From a virus (taxonomy: Duplodnaviria; Caudoviricetes), in the IMG/VR virus record IMGVR_UViG_3300045282_000259, positions 1 to 50,318 of that record: a stretch of 50,318 nt of DNA. The stretch is one strand, 5' to 3'. Shown here piece by piece: positions 36,391 to 46,762 of the stretch (position 1 is its first letter; every line of letters begins with the position of its first letter). A program made the position numbers and the translations under genes. The notes below the pieces were generated by a model. The model saw only the letters and a program-made list of their open reading frames with translations. It did not search any database and was not told the origin of the DNA.

Positions 36391-37716
36391 TCAGGCGGCG
36401 CGCTCCTCACGGTGCTCCTCACGGGGCTCTTCACCCTCCGCAAGATTCGGTATCGTCGTCGCCGCGACTTCGGAGTCCCAGATCTGGATGGTGGTGTTGT
36501 CGATGCCGCTGGTGGCGAGCGGCGTTGTTTCATATTTTAGCGCCTGAAATGGGATGGTGATCATCTGCCCGCCCTCCCCAGTGGTGGCAAGGTCCGCGCC
36601 TCCCAATTTCACGCGCGGCAGGAAGAAGCTCATCGCCGGCGAATTCGGCGCCGAGCTCGTGGTGAGATAGGCCATGATCTGGATTTCGGACTCGTTCTTG
36701 AAATCATTGATCAACGTCGGATCGTTGAAGAATGCTGTCATCTGGCCAGTAACATTTGAGCGCCCAGAGAAAATCTCTGGCACTAAATTACTTCCGACTA
36801 CTGGGTCTGCAGTCTGCTGCAGCGTATGGGTGATATCCAACGAAGTGATGACGGCGATATTCGTACCATCGACCCGCAGCAAGCCATTGACCGCTGCCAG
36901 CAGGCCGGTAGTGGCTGCAGGCGCGGGTGCGGTGAAGAACGGTGCGGCCGCTCCAGTATAGAGCTCCATATCGCGTCCAGTTGCGGAAAACTCAATGGTT
37001 GCCATACCCGTGGCCGGGAGCTTCGCTGCAAAGCCCCCCACCCTGCATTCCGTGAAGACTCTGGCGATGTCCACATCGTCATTATAAATTTCAAATGCGA
37101 CCTTGCGCCGGACATGACCCGTTGATGGAATCGATACCGTCGAGCCGACCGAGGTCACCGTGAACGTACTTTCGGAAGCGGCCGTTGTCGGCGGCGGATA
37201 GACCGACACGGTGCGGTTGCTGGTGCCACCGAAACCGGTGATGACGAAATTGGTACCATTGTTGGCCGTTGCCGTCAGTCCGGAAAACCGGAGGCCCATG
37301 CCCGAACGCATGCCAGCCGCCACCGGATCGCCGCCGCCAAAGGTCAGTGTGCTGGTGGTCCCGTTGGCCGTCATCGAGGTCAGCACGGTATTGCTCGAAC
37401 TCACCGCGGGCACCCAGGTGCCACGCAGCGAGGCCTCGAACAGGCTTTGATAGGAATGTGGTGACAGCTCGCCGGAGACATTGCCCGCGACCCTTCTGAC
37501 GCCGTGCCGAAAATCAGCGATCTGCCGATCGCTCCTGATTTCGTTCGACTGGTAGGTGTCCTTGGTAAACGCCAGCGTTGAGGCAACGCGCCGCAGGATC
37601 TGGCCGCCGCTCGGCCCCGGATCGGTCGCCGAAACCGCGGGCGTGCCCGGCACGATGTCGGGGCTCGTATAGAACTTGTAGGCGATCCTTGCACTTACGC
37701 CTTCTGCGAGGGGCAT
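36391..37716 (-). CDS. major tail tube protein
   Basis: QSNEIRSDRQ...GNVSGELS; large insertion domain; position in tail module. Confidence 0.85.
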   Translation of the reverse strand: MPLAEGVSARIAYKFYTSPDIVPGTPAVSATDPGPSGGQILRRVASTLAFTKDTYQSNEIRSDRQIADFRHGVRRVAGNVSGELSPHSYQSLFEASLRGTWVPAVSSSNTVLTSMTANGTTSTLTFGGGDPVAAGMRSGMGLRFSGLTATANNGTNFVITGFGGTSNRTVSVYPPPTTAASESTFTVTSVGSTVSIPSTGHVRRKVAFEIYNDDVDIARVFTECRVGGFAAKLPATGMATIEFSATGRDMELYTGAAAPFFTAPAPAATTGLLAAVNGLLRVDGTNIAVITSLDITHTLQQTADPVVGSNLVPEIFSGRSNVTGQMTAFFNDPTLINDFKNESEIQIMAYLTTSSAPNSPAMSFFLPRVKLGGADLATTGEGGQMITIPFQALKYETTPLATSGIDNTTIQIWDSEVAATTIPNLAEGEEPREEHREERAA

Positions 37717-37747
37717 GGTGATAAACTCCGATTAAGAGGAACGACGA

Positions 37748-38197
37748 TTAACCAACCAGGTCGAAGACCACAACGGCTTCGGCCACAGCGCACTGGTAGT
37801 TGGAAATGTCCGACGACAAACCCGGCACCGAAAGCGTGGATCCGGAGCCGACCGGGAACACGCCCGCGCCGAAACACGAGATCACATCGTCCCGATACGA
37901 GCGCAACTGAGCGGCCACAGGTTCGGCATATGCGGCCACGGTTTCGGCGCCGTATCCCATCGGCGAGAATACGAAAGCCTCGACCCGCATCCGGTTGCGA
38001 TAGACATTGTTGCCACGCCCGCCGCCGAAGCTAACCGCGATCTCGCCCTCGTTGTTAAACGCTACGAACGCAAACGGGCTCGGGGTGTCAGGCAACAGCG
38101 CTGCGTCGTCACCTTCGAAGTAGAGGGGAAATCCATAACTGCCCGCGTTGAGCCGCTCGCGAACCCGCGCGATGGCTTCCGAGGTGGTGACGGCCAT
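37748..38197 (-). CDS. tail terminator-like protein
   Basis: position before the tail tube gene; VFSPMGYG motif. Confidence 0.65.
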   Translation of the reverse strand: MAVTTSEAIARVRERLNAGSYGFPLYFEGDDAALLPDTPSPFAFVAFNNEGEIAVSFGGGRGNNVYRNRMRVEAFVFSPMGYGAETVAAYAEPVAAQLRSYRDDVISCFGAGVFPVGSGSTLSVPGLSSDISNYQCAVAEAVVVFDLVG

Positions 38198-38198
38198 G

Positions 38199-38603
38199 TC
38201 AGCCCACCGCAACCATCTTCAGCGCGATCAGCGTCCCGCCGGGCATGATCTCCATCACGCTTTTGATCGCCATCTCTTTACCACTAGAGACGTGACCATC
38301 AGTCAAGGGCGGCGTCGCGTTCGAATCATCGCAACCGAAAAACCGGGTTACCAGACGATCGTTGGTGTTGACCGGCGGCACCATCGCGGCAAAGCTATCG
38401 ACCAGCGCCAAAACCAGCAGATTGCCCTGCACCACGCCGCCAACCAGCGCGCTATCAGGCGCATAGACCACATAGGCCCGTGCCAATGTGTCGGTGGATG
38501 TTCGCGCCGGCCCAGTGCCGATGTATCTGCGAACGCCGATCCACTGCCCAACCTTGGCGATCTTGGTCTTGTATTGCGCGAGCAGTTCGCTGGCACGGCT
38601 CAA
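38199..38603 (-). CDS. head-tail joining protein
   Basis: size and position. Confidence 0.55.
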   Translation of the reverse strand: MSRASELLAQYKTKIAKVGQWIGVRRYIGTGPARTSTDTLARAYVVYAPDSALVGGVVQGNLLVLALVDSFAAMVPPVNTNDRLVTRFFGCDDSNATPPLTDGHVSSGKEMAIKSVMEIMPGGTLIALKMVAVG

Positions 38604-38956
38604 GGCGCGGCGCTCTCGACGATGATGCCGAACTCGCGCGGCACGCCCTGCGGTATCGGCGGCTTATCATGACTGCCCGAACGCAACCGGATGGCCATGC
38701 AGCACCGCAGCCGGTTCGGATTGATCGCAACCATCGTGCCGGGGCCGACATTGAATCTCAAGTCGGTTGCAGCCATGCCATCATAGATCGGATAAAAATC
38801 CGTACCATTCGCCGAGCCCTCTATGGTGACGATGGCCGGGGTCCAGTCTGTCGGCATGATGATGCCGACAACATTCGCTACCGTAGAAATATCGAGCGCG
38901 TTGGAGATTCCGGTTTGACCGCCAAACCACAAGGGAAGCACAGTTGGCTTAGGCAT
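38600..38956 (-). CDS. virion protein, hypothetical
   Basis: IMPTDWTPA...IRLRSG; head-tail module. Confidence 0.6.
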   Translation of the reverse strand: MPKPTVLPLWFGGQTGISNALDISTVANVVGIIMPTDWTPAIVTIEGSANGTDFYPIYDGMAATDLRFNVGPGTMVAINPNRLRCCMAIRLRSGSHDKPPIPQGVPREFGIIVESAAP

Positions 38957-38972
38957 GGTTGTTTTCCTTGTC

Positions 38973-39617
38973 CTAGACCCAGATCACGCGATAGGTCGAC
39001 AACAAACTCTGCACGGTGTCGTCGATCACCTTGAACACCTCGGCGGTGACGCCGTAGCGGGTCTGGCCGATGCCTTCTTCGGCCTCCATCGTGACCGCTG
39101 GGTTTCGCGACGCTATGTGATGGATATGGCCAACCGCCAGCGCGATCGCGGTCCTGATCGGCTCCGGGACATCTGAACCGGCATCGCCATAGCCGGCGAT
39201 GAATTCGATTGTGATGGCGTCGGCCTGAGTTCCGCCCGCAGGCCAGGATGATCCGGTCGGCACGATGAACGGTCGCGGTCCCATCACCAACTGGTAGTCG
39301 CCGCTCGCCACCGCAATCGGCAGGCCGTTGGAGTCCAGATAACTTACCGAGCTGATCGACTGCAACGGCGGCAATGGGATATAGATTCGGCCGCCGTCGA
39401 CATTGGTCACCGGAAATTCATCCAGCTTGCCCTGCCAGGTTTGGGTGTTGATGGCGCGGCCGAGCCAACCATCGGCGCCGTCGATACGCTGACGGGAAGC
39501 GGTAATGTAGGCTTGCATGACCTCGTCGGAGACTTCACTACCGATATTCAATCGGGCTTTGGCCTCGGCCGCCGTCAGCGGCTCGACATCCGGGCCGGTA
39601 ACAAGGGTCAGACGCAT
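38973..39617 (-). CDS. head-tail connector (HK97 gp6 / SPP1 gp15-like)
   Basis: EPLTAAEAKARL...LPLPPLQS...AGYG..VPEPIRTAI. Confidence 0.88.
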   Translation of the reverse strand: MRLTLVTGPDVEPLTAAEAKARLNIGSEVSDEVMQAYITASRQRIDGADGWLGRAINTQTWQGKLDEFPVTNVDGGRIYIPLPPLQSISSVSYLDSNGLPIAVASGDYQLVMGPRPFIVPTGSSWPAGGTQADAITIEFIAGYGDAGSDVPEPIRTAIALAVGHIHHIASRNPAVTMEAEEGIGQTRYGVTAEVFKVIDDTVQSLLSTYRVIWV

Positions 39618-39618
39618 C

Positions 39619-40518
39619 TCAGCGCCTCAACTTCGTTAGTACCGGGTAGAGATCGCAAGTGACTACCAGCCCGTCGCTGTTGATCAGCGTCACCAGTCCT
39701 TCGCCGTCTATGCTCATGCCGACCACCGACGGACCCGGCGGCCCGCGCTCGCCTCGCTGCCCCGGCAAGCCTCGCTCGCCCGGCTTGCCCTGTTTGCCCT
39801 GGCTCGCCATCAACTGCCAGCCATCGCCTGGACATGGGCCAGGATCATCCCGCTTCGCCACGAACGACCCGCCATTCAGGATGACGACATCGAGCGCCTT
39901 GTATTGCTTGTCAGCACTCCAGGTGCCGCAGATCTTGAACGAGACACCGTCCATGCCGTCGTGCCCCGAGCGAGCAAGGCAGGCCCAGTCCTCATGGGGA
40001 GGGGCTCGTCCAGTGTCACACTGGGCCTGCCAGGTCGCACCGTCCTGCGTCACGACGGAGCCCTCGTAATGAACCTGGTCTGTCCATGCCTTGACGATCG
40101 GCAGCTTGCCGGGAGAACCAGGTTCGCCGCGATCCCCGGGGAGGCCAGTAAGACCGTCCAGACCCCGCTCGCCCGGCTCGCCCGGCTCGCCGCGCGTGCC
40201 TTGTTCGCCCGGCAGTCCATCCATGCCCCTCTCGCCGCGCTCCCCAGCAAGCCCCGGAGGGCCTTCCGGACCCGCTTCGCCGGGAGAACCTGGCGCGCCG
40301 TCCATGCCCCTCTCGCCGCGCTCCCCAGCAAGCCCCGGAGGGCCTTCCGGACCCGCTTCGCCGGGAGAACCTGGCGCGCCGTCCATGCCTTTCTCGCCCG
40401 GCGGTCCTGGCGTTCGCACCAGCTCGGCCAGCTTGGCCTCCAGTGCGATCCGCTGCGCCCGCTCCTCGGCGAGCTGTTCGCCGACCGCGGCAATGATCGA
40501 CCTGGCATCAAGCTGCAT
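39619..40518 (-). CDS. collagen-like (Gly-X-Y) virion protein
   Basis: long GXY runs; contains an exact 81-bp tandem duplication. Confidence 0.85.
   Translation of the reverse strand: MQLDARSIIAAVGEQLAEERAQRIALEAKLAELVRTPGPPGEKGMDGAPGSPGEAGPEGPPGLAGERGERGMDGAPGSPGEAGPEGPPGLAGERGERGMDGLPGEQGTRGEPGEPGERGLDGLTGLPGDRGEPGSPGKLPIVKAWTDQVHYEGSVVTQDGATWQAQCDTGRAPPHEDWACLARSGHDGMDGVSFKICGTWSADKQYKALDVVILNGGSFVAKRDDPGPCPGDGWQLMASQGKQGKPGERGLPGQRGERGPPGPSVVGMSIDGEGLVTLINSDGLVVTCDLYPVLTKLRR
40220..40389. repeat. 81-bp exact tandem duplication
   Basis: 40221-40301 is identical to 40302-40382. Confidence 0.9.
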
Positions 40519-41920
40519 GATAACGATCCATGTCCTGCCTCAGCAGAAACCGGGCAAAGTTCTTCTGCTCGTCCTGCTGCTGCTGATCCCCCGAACTGTC
40601 ATTAGCTGTCGGCTTGACCTCGGCCGGCGGCGCTTTGCCGGCGTTGGGATCGGGCGGTTGCATCGCGGCGCCATAACTCAATGGCACGACCTGCTGTTGA
40701 ACCCTGGGCTGTTCGCCATAACCGCCAGGTGTCTTTGCCAGATCGAAATCCGCCCGCGCCTCGTCGGAGGAGAAGATACCGCCCAACACGCCGGCGGCCA
40801 TACCCTCGACCCGCTCCTTGAAGGCCGAGCGCAACAGTGCCCTGGCGTCGAACTCGGTGTACTCGTCGGGCACGCCGCGCAGCCTGAACATCAGGTCGAA
40901 CGCCTGCTCGATGTGATTGAGGCAGAAGCCAAGCCCCTGCGAAATCCACGACTGCATAAGCGCTTCGGTCGACGCGAATGGCGTGCCGCCGATGCCGAGC
41001 ACCTGCAGCGGCATCCGGAAAGCCAGTGCAATCGCCTGGTCGGTCATCTTCAGCATGTCGGCGAGCTGGCCATCGCGCGCGCTTGCCACCACCGGATTAG
41101 CTTTCAACCCATCGGTCAGGATAACCGAACCGCCGGCATTGAGCCCTTGCGTCTGGTCATTCCAGCGCTTGCGCAGTTCCTTGATCTGATCTTCATTGAA
41201 TTTATTAGGGCTTTCCAGCATGAACGACGGCCTGGCTTCGTTCATGTAAAAGGCAACCTGCTGGTTCAGTACCGCGCCCGACATGGCGCGCGCCAGTTCC
41301 GTCGCCAGAATTGGACTGACGCCTTTCAACGGATGATACGGTGTATGCAGCTTGACGTGCAGCACATCGCGCGCCGGGATCGGGTACGACAGATCGTAAC
41401 GTTGCTGGACGATCTGGTTGCCCTGCAGGCTGTAGAACACCGAACCGTCCCATGCAACATTGGCCACGCCATGCTGCATCAAATGCAGTTCGGATACCTC
41501 ACCGCGATTATTGCGGATGGCGACGGCAAATGCCTCGCCATACAGATACAGCCGCCGCGTCAGGTTCAGCAGCACATCGGAGATCGACTGATAGTCGTTG
41601 GGCTGGCGCAGGATGCGACTGAGGTCGGAATTGGTAACGCGGGTACGGCCGCCGTCGTCGTCGGAAAGCCAATGATTGCCCGGACACATCGCCACCGTCT
41701 GCGCGTATGCCGATACGCATGCTTCCACCATGGCCGACGTATCGGAAGACCTGATCCGCGTGCCGCTCTGCCACCAGTTCCACGGCGAGCCAGCCGGCAG
41801 CCAACCGCCGGTCACCGGCAGATAATACGGCCCAGGACGAATCTCGCCCTCCCCTCTAACGAGAGGAGGGCTGAGCGACCGCAACAGCGGCGCCGAGATC
41901 CGCGACAGCAGATTGGCCAT
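40508..41920 (-). CDS. HK97-family portal protein
   Basis: VEACV; LRQPND; GEAF; DVLHVK; GVSPI; IALAFRMP; DEARA. Confidence 0.93.
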   Translation of the reverse strand: MANLLSRISAPLLRSLSPPLVRGEGEIRPGPYYLPVTGGWLPAGSPWNWWQSGTRIRSSDTSAMVEACVSAYAQTVAMCPGNHWLSDDDGGRTRVTNSDLSRILRQPNDYQSISDVLLNLTRRLYLYGEAFAVAIRNNRGEVSELHLMQHGVANVAWDGSVFYSLQGNQIVQQRYDLSYPIPARDVLHVKLHTPYHPLKGVSPILATELARAMSGAVLNQQVAFYMNEARPSFMLESPNKFNEDQIKELRKRWNDQTQGLNAGGSVILTDGLKANPVVASARDGQLADMLKMTDQAIALAFRMPLQVLGIGGTPFASTEALMQSWISQGLGFCLNHIEQAFDLMFRLRGVPDEYTEFDARALLRSAFKERVEGMAAGVLGGIFSSDEARADFDLAKTPGGYGEQPRVQQQVVPLSYGAAMQPPDPNAGKAPPAEVKPTANDSSGDQQQQDEQKNFARFLLRQDMDRYHAA

Positions 41921-42229
41921 CTAGCTCTTCGACCGCGCCGGAGCCGGGTGTTGAGCCGGGTGTTCGGCCTCTGTGCTACGGGTGGTATAGCCACCCGCAG
42001 GTTTTGCCGGCTCGGATTGCCTGGTGATCGTTACACGAACTTCCGGCGACGGGCCGGAGCCGTCGTCCTCGTGTGGATCGACCACGACGCCGAGCGCGGC
42101 GAGATCGTTTTCCTCTTGTGTCGGCGTCGGCTTGCCCTGGTGGGCATAGGCCTCCTCGACACTCTTGGCCTTGGCCTCGGCGGCCTTTTTCTGCTGCTCT
42201 TTGGCGTGTGCTGTTACATCATCTGCCAT
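41921..42229 (-). CDS. hypothetical head-associated protein
   Basis: KPTPTQEENDLA; between MCP and portal genes. Confidence 0.65.
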   Translation of the reverse strand: MADDVTAHAKEQQKKAAEAKAKSVEEAYAHQGKPTPTQEENDLAALGVVVDPHEDDGSGPSPEVRVTITRQSEPAKPAGGYTTRSTEAEHPAQHPAPARSKS

Positions 42230-42258
42230 TTGCCGTTCCTTTCAGATTTGAGTTGCTG

Positions 42259-44241
42259 CTATGGCGACCAGGTGACCGCTGCCATCCAGGCAAGAGTGCC
42301 GGTTCGCGACAACGTCCAGTTCATCGGCAGGATCATCCGCAAGGCCATGCTGTCGGTCTGGAACATGCTTTGCGCCGGTGCGGCGACGACGGCGGGCGTG
42401 CCGACCGTGCCGATTTGCACCGGATTGGTATCTTCCATGTGCAGCGTGGCTTGGTCGCTAACCTCGAACCGCGGATTGTCGCCTTCGACGGAGACATAAT
42501 CCGCCGCATCGAGCGCGATGATCGTGCCGGCTGGCACCGTACCCGACTGAATCACCTGATAACCGATCAGGCGATTGTTGGCGATCTCCTCCCGGAACGG
42601 CAACAGACCAACTGTGCCGCTGGGCTGGATCAGGGAAATCGCCAGACCTTCCTTCGGGTTCATCAGGAACACCAGATTCCTGACATTGCCGTTGGTCGCC
42701 GTGACGATCGCCCCGACCAGCTTGCCGAGATCGCCGACCAGGGCGTTGAAGCCGCCGCCCGCTGTTGGCGTCAAACCAGAAACGCCGTTGCGCAAGCCTG
42801 CGGGCCGGATCGCCGTCGCCGCATTGGTGTCGAGCAGGACGGAATCAATCGAGATCGACGTATCGATGCCGATCTTTCGCTCGATCAGCGGCTGGATGGC
42901 GGGAGTCGAGTGCTCGTCCATCTCGCGCGACCAAACGGAGATCACGGCCATCTTCTTCGGGACCAGCGAAACCGAGCTGAAATGCCCCTGGCGAACCGGG
43001 ATCGGCGCGCCTTCGCCGACGAACGAGCCCGCGATCGTCGGCGTCGCATCCATGGTCGGAATGCTGATCGAACCGTTGCGGCCGAACGCCAGCCGCAGGC
43101 CGATCGAGGACAGCGGATTATAGACCGAGGCAGGCGCCAATTGCGTAATCAGCGGCGCGATCAGACGGCTGGCCGCCAATTCCGCCGCCCATCCGGTCGC
43201 GGTGGTCAGCGCCGGCGCGGAAGCCGCCTTGCAGTAGATGTTGCAGGCGGCGCGGGTGAGGTCGTGGTCATAGACGCCGCCCGCCCGCTGGCAGGCCGCT
43301 TCGATCGGAATGCGCTGGGCATGCGCCAGCAATGCCATCGCTGCCGCCCGCGACATCAATTCGTTGCGGCTGACCTCCTTGTCGCCGAGCGGTTGGCGAA
43401 TAATGGCCGGGGCTGACGGCACGAAGGGGGTGGCGTTCCTGACCGGCGCGACATATTCCGCCACCACCGTGCCGGTAATGGTCGCTGCGCCGTTGCGGGC
43501 TTCCGCGTCCTTCAGGACCGAGAGATCGCGGGTGTGCTGATCGATCTGGCCGTTCAATTCGGCGAGCGCGTCGATCGACAACTCGGGGCCGCCTTCGGCA
43601 AGGCGGTCGCGCAACTCATTGAGTTTGGTTTGCGTATGCTCGATACGCTGCGAGAGGGTCGTCATGACCTTGGGTCTTTCGATTGGAGTCGTGACGGCGT
43701 GCTTGCCGATGGCAGTCGTCTTCCATGGCCTCGCTTCGGCATGCTCGCCAAAGGCCAGAGAAAGAATATCGCTGGAAAGGTTGAGAGAGCGCGCAATTGC
43801 TACCGCGTTCGGGTTAGCCGGCACCGATACAATTGAGCATTCCAGCAGCGCCTGCTTGATAAATCGCTGCCCCGCATAAGGCTTGTCCTTGTCGAGCGGC
43901 TCGCTCTCGATCGGCTCAAAACCGACAGATGTCGCGCGCAGGATGTCCTGGTCGATCAGCTTGCGAACGCTGTCGGCGAGCTCGCTAGTGCCAGGCTCGG
44001 CCGGCACGAACTTGCCGACCAGCTTACCGTCGCTAACCTTCACATTCGCCCACGAACCGACCACCTGGTCGGCCTTGTGGTTGAACAGCGCGATCGGATT
44101 GAACTTGCCGCCGGGCTTGAAACTCGACAGATCCCAGCCATCCGGCTCGATCATATCGCCCATGCGGTCGATCGAACCATCAGACAGCACGAATTCTCGC
44201 CGGTCGCCACCGGGAGGCGGCGCCGATTTGACCTTGCGCAT
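42259..44241 (-). CDS. fused HK97 prohead protease and major capsid protein
   Basis: DRMGD, LFNH, SVGF, LLECSIVSVPANP protease motifs; C-terminal HK97-fold FVGEGAPIP...SMFQTD. Confidence 0.92.
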   Translation of the reverse strand: MRKVKSAPPPGGDRREFVLSDGSIDRMGDMIEPDGWDLSSFKPGGKFNPIALFNHKADQVVGSWANVKVSDGKLVGKFVPAEPGTSELADSVRKLIDQDILRATSVGFEPIESEPLDKDKPYAGQRFIKQALLECSIVSVPANPNAVAIARSLNLSSDILSLAFGEHAEARPWKTTAIGKHAVTTPIERPKVMTTLSQRIEHTQTKLNELRDRLAEGGPELSIDALAELNGQIDQHTRDLSVLKDAEARNGAATITGTVVAEYVAPVRNATPFVPSAPAIIRQPLGDKEVSRNELMSRAAAMALLAHAQRIPIEAACQRAGGVYDHDLTRAACNIYCKAASAPALTTATGWAAELAASRLIAPLITQLAPASVYNPLSSIGLRLAFGRNGSISIPTMDATPTIAGSFVGEGAPIPVRQGHFSSVSLVPKKMAVISVWSREMDEHSTPAIQPLIERKIGIDTSISIDSVLLDTNAATAIRPAGLRNGVSGLTPTAGGGFNALVGDLGKLVGAIVTATNGNVRNLVFLMNPKEGLAISLIQPSGTVGLLPFREEIANNRLIGYQVIQSGTVPAGTIIALDAADYVSVEGDNPRFEVSDQATLHMEDTNPVQIGTVGTPAVVAAPAQSMFQTDSMALRMILPMNWTLSRTGTLAWMAAVTWSP

Positions 44242-44252
44242 GATTGGATTTC

Positions 44253-44534
44253 CTAAACTGCGATCGTTTCACCACTCTCTGTTTTCACTTCAAGAGAGAT
44301 AGGAGGGGTGACGATCATGATCTTGACCCCCTCAGGAACAAGGCATTCGACGGCTTTCCTGATTTCTTTTACCTGATCCGGAACAAGTCGATGCTCGCTC
44401 TTGACGACAAGCGTATCACCCGATTTCAAATTCAGTTTGGCAACTTGAATCCTGTTGATTTTGAACAGAGACCCTGCCTTGCGCAACCGCTCGCGCAGAT
44501 ACTCAATTTCCGAAGTTTTGGTTTTGAACAACAT
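44253..44534 (-). CDS. hypothetical protein (low GC)
   Basis: ORF between terL and capsid genes. Confidence 0.55.
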   Translation of the reverse strand: MLFKTKTSEIEYLRERLRKAGSLFKINRIQVAKLNLKSGDTLVVKSEHRLVPDQVKEIRKAVECLVPEGVKIMIVTPPISLEVKTESGETIAV

Positions 44535-44537
44535 CTA

Positions 44538-46226
44538 TCACCCAATCATTCCAGCGATATCGACCACGGTCTTCCGATCGCGGCTCTTCAGCCCGCACAG
44601 CATCGCCAACGCCACCGCGCCGTCGATCCTGAATCGCGCCTTGTCTTTATCCAGTTTCCTGTTGCCAGCAGGGTCAGTTCTGACAACGGCGTTTGCAATA
44701 TTCCAGTTCAATGCCGGATTGTTGGGATGCTCCAGCGTGCGCTCTACAACCTCACGTTCCAGCGCAGAGATGGCAGGCCCCATCGAGACATAGCCCTGTC
44801 CCCAAGGCACGATCCGCAAGCCGGAGCCGGTTCTGCTGTCGCTGCTGCCCTTGTCTTCCCAGGTGGGGAAATTGAGCTCGTCGAAAACCCGAAGCAGGTC
44901 CCGAATGGCGTATCGATCGTATGCCAGCCCCAGCACGTTATAAGTCTGGGTCAGCTCGATGATCTGGTTTGCCACCACCGTCATCGAGATCGACGGTCCC
45001 GGCGACGCCAATAAATGTCCCTCCCGAACCCACTGCGTATAGCGGTCGCTCGCCGAGCCGAAATCCCTGTTGCCGTGTTCGCGCAACCGGTCCTCCGGCT
45101 TCCACAGAAACGCCTTCACCCGCGTCCGCTCGCCCGCCGAGCCCATCACCAGCGCCGTCAAGTCCACCACGTTCGAAAGATCCAGCGCAAGATAAACGTC
45201 TTCGCCAGGCTGGAATGCCGCGTCGCCAGTGCATGCCATCCATTCCTTGCGCGAGATCATCGAACTAACGGGAGCAACACGCTGGTTGCAGTACAGGTTG
45301 CGAAATCGTGGCTCTTCAGCCGGGAGGCGCTCTGCCTTGTCGGCAATAGCGCGGAAGTCAGACAGAGAACGAAAATCTCCCAGCGCCGGATTGGCCAACT
45401 TCCAGACGCGAGGATCAAACACATCCTTGTCTTCCGGCACCTCATACAGATGACAAACAATTCTCGGATCGTTGGCGTGTAAACCGTCGTCTATCAGTTT
45501 GCTGAGAATATGCTCAGCGTCGTTCGACTGCGTACTGATCACGACAAACAACGGATCAGCACGGGCACCGAATGACGTATCGAGCGCATCATACAAGTCG
45601 CGAGATCGAGCCATACTCAGCTCGTCATACACAACGAACGTCGGGTTGAGCCCCATTTTGGTGCCGCTCTCCGACGACACCGCGCGATAGAACGAACCTG
45701 TTGTTGGACACGAAATAGTCTTGGTCGAATCGATACACTTTAACAGCGCACTCAATTCCGTATTGGCTCGCACAATCTGTGCAGCGACCTTGTATATAAT
45801 TCCAGCTTGATCACGATCGTTGGCGGCGCTGTAGATCTCGCCGTTCTGGATTGCTTCGGGGCCAATCAAGTGTACCAAGGCGAGGGCAGCAATCAGCGCA
45901 CTCTTACCATTCTTCCTCGCCACACTCAGGATGGCGCGGCGAACGATCCTCCGCCTGGTCTCAGGATCACAAGGTTCGTAGACATCGCGCAGAAAGCGCT
46001 TCTGCCACTCACGCAGATGAAACTTCTCGCCCTGGCCTATTCCAGAAGGGACGGTGAGTTTCTCGATGAACTCAATAACGCGGTCTGCCCGAGCAGCCCA
46101 GCGAACTGACTTTTCTGTTGTCTTGCGCCGGGCAGTTTGAGCGCGGCTCGACTTGCCGGATCGAGGCCCAACCGATCGCCCAGACTCGCCATGATCAACG
46201 CCTGTTTGCTTAGAACCGTCACCCAT
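44538..46226 (-). CDS. terL: terminase large subunit (start uncertain)
   Basis: LREWQ; VARKNGKS Walker A; YDEL Walker B; ISTQ; LALDLS; RIDGAVA. Confidence 0.93.
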   Translation of the reverse strand: MGDGSKQTGVDHGESGRSVGPRSGKSSRAQTARRKTTEKSVRWAARADRVIEFIEKLTVPSGIGQGEKFHLREWQKRFLRDVYEPCDPETRRRIVRRAILSVARKNGKSALIAALALVHLIGPEAIQNGEIYSAANDRDQAGIIYKVAAQIVRANTELSALLKCIDSTKTISCPTTGSFYRAVSSESGTKMGLNPTFVVYDELSMARSRDLYDALDTSFGARADPLFVVISTQSNDAEHILSKLIDDGLHANDPRIVCHLYEVPEDKDVFDPRVWKLANPALGDFRSLSDFRAIADKAERLPAEEPRFRNLYCNQRVAPVSSMISRKEWMACTGDAAFQPGEDVYLALDLSNVVDLTALVMGSAGERTRVKAFLWKPEDRLREHGNRDFGSASDRYTQWVREGHLLASPGPSISMTVVANQIIELTQTYNVLGLAYDRYAIRDLLRVFDELNFPTWEDKGSSDSRTGSGLRIVPWGQGYVSMGPAISALEREVVERTLEHPNNPALNWNIANAVVRTDPAGNRKLDKDKARFRIDGAVALAMLCGLKSRDRKTVVDIAGMIG

Positions 46227-46546
46227 GCGCTCTGTGCCACTGCTCGTCCGCCAACTTCATGGCAAACCTTAAAACTGGGACTATTGACCTTGTGCGCCGC
46301 CATTTTGTGCAGCGCCCAGGCCGTTCCGAACGCCGCCAACAGATAACTATCCAACGCTGAATAGACCTTGTCCGGCATCGACCGCATGATCATCTCGATG
46401 CACCCACGGGCGTCGTCAGATAAATGCTCCGGAATGAAAGGCTCGCCTTGAGCCTCGATTCCAACATCTCGAACGGCCTCTTTGCACGGGAATCCCTCAA
46501 GAGCTTCCAAATACACCGATTTCTTCCGTGGACCTCGTTTTCCCAT
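46037..46546 (-). CDS. terS: terminase small subunit (P27 family)
   Basis: MGKRGP...PEHLS...LGLDPASRAAL. Confidence 0.85.
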   Translation of the reverse strand: MGKRGPRKKSVYLEALEGFPCKEAVRDVGIEAQGEPFIPEHLSDDARGCIEMIMRSMPDKVYSALDSYLLAAFGTAWALHKMAAHKVNSPSFKVCHEVGGRAVAQSAWVTVLSKQALIMASLGDRLGLDPASRAALKLPGARQQKSQFAGLLGQTALLSSSRNSPSLLE

Positions 46547-46574
46547 ATGGAACAACCTTCTATTCACCAAAACC

Positions 46575-46680
46575 CGTAACCTCCGGCCGCTAAAATGGCT
46601 GCCCCCATGCGGTCTGGGACCTCCAAGCCCGGATTTTAGCGATCCCCCCCCCGGTCAATCGATCGAGAGACGCGCCCCGC
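46575..46680. other. putative cos/packaging region
   Basis: intergenic between HNH and terS; GCTAAAAT/ATTTTAGC inverted repeat (46589/46633) and a C9 run. Confidence 0.45.
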
Positions 46681-46762
46681 ATCACTTTGATTTTGCTAAC
46701 GATCTTGCGTTATAGCCGCGCAGAGATAGCGGCGCTGCGATCGAGCGCCGATCCTACTCGCA

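Noticed and set aside
40091-42499. 802-aa plus-strand ORF and other long antisense ORFs (e.g. 42073-43416, 1301-2065)
   Set aside because: Shadow frames of high-GC portal, capsid, collagen and nusG-like genes, with no motifs of their own
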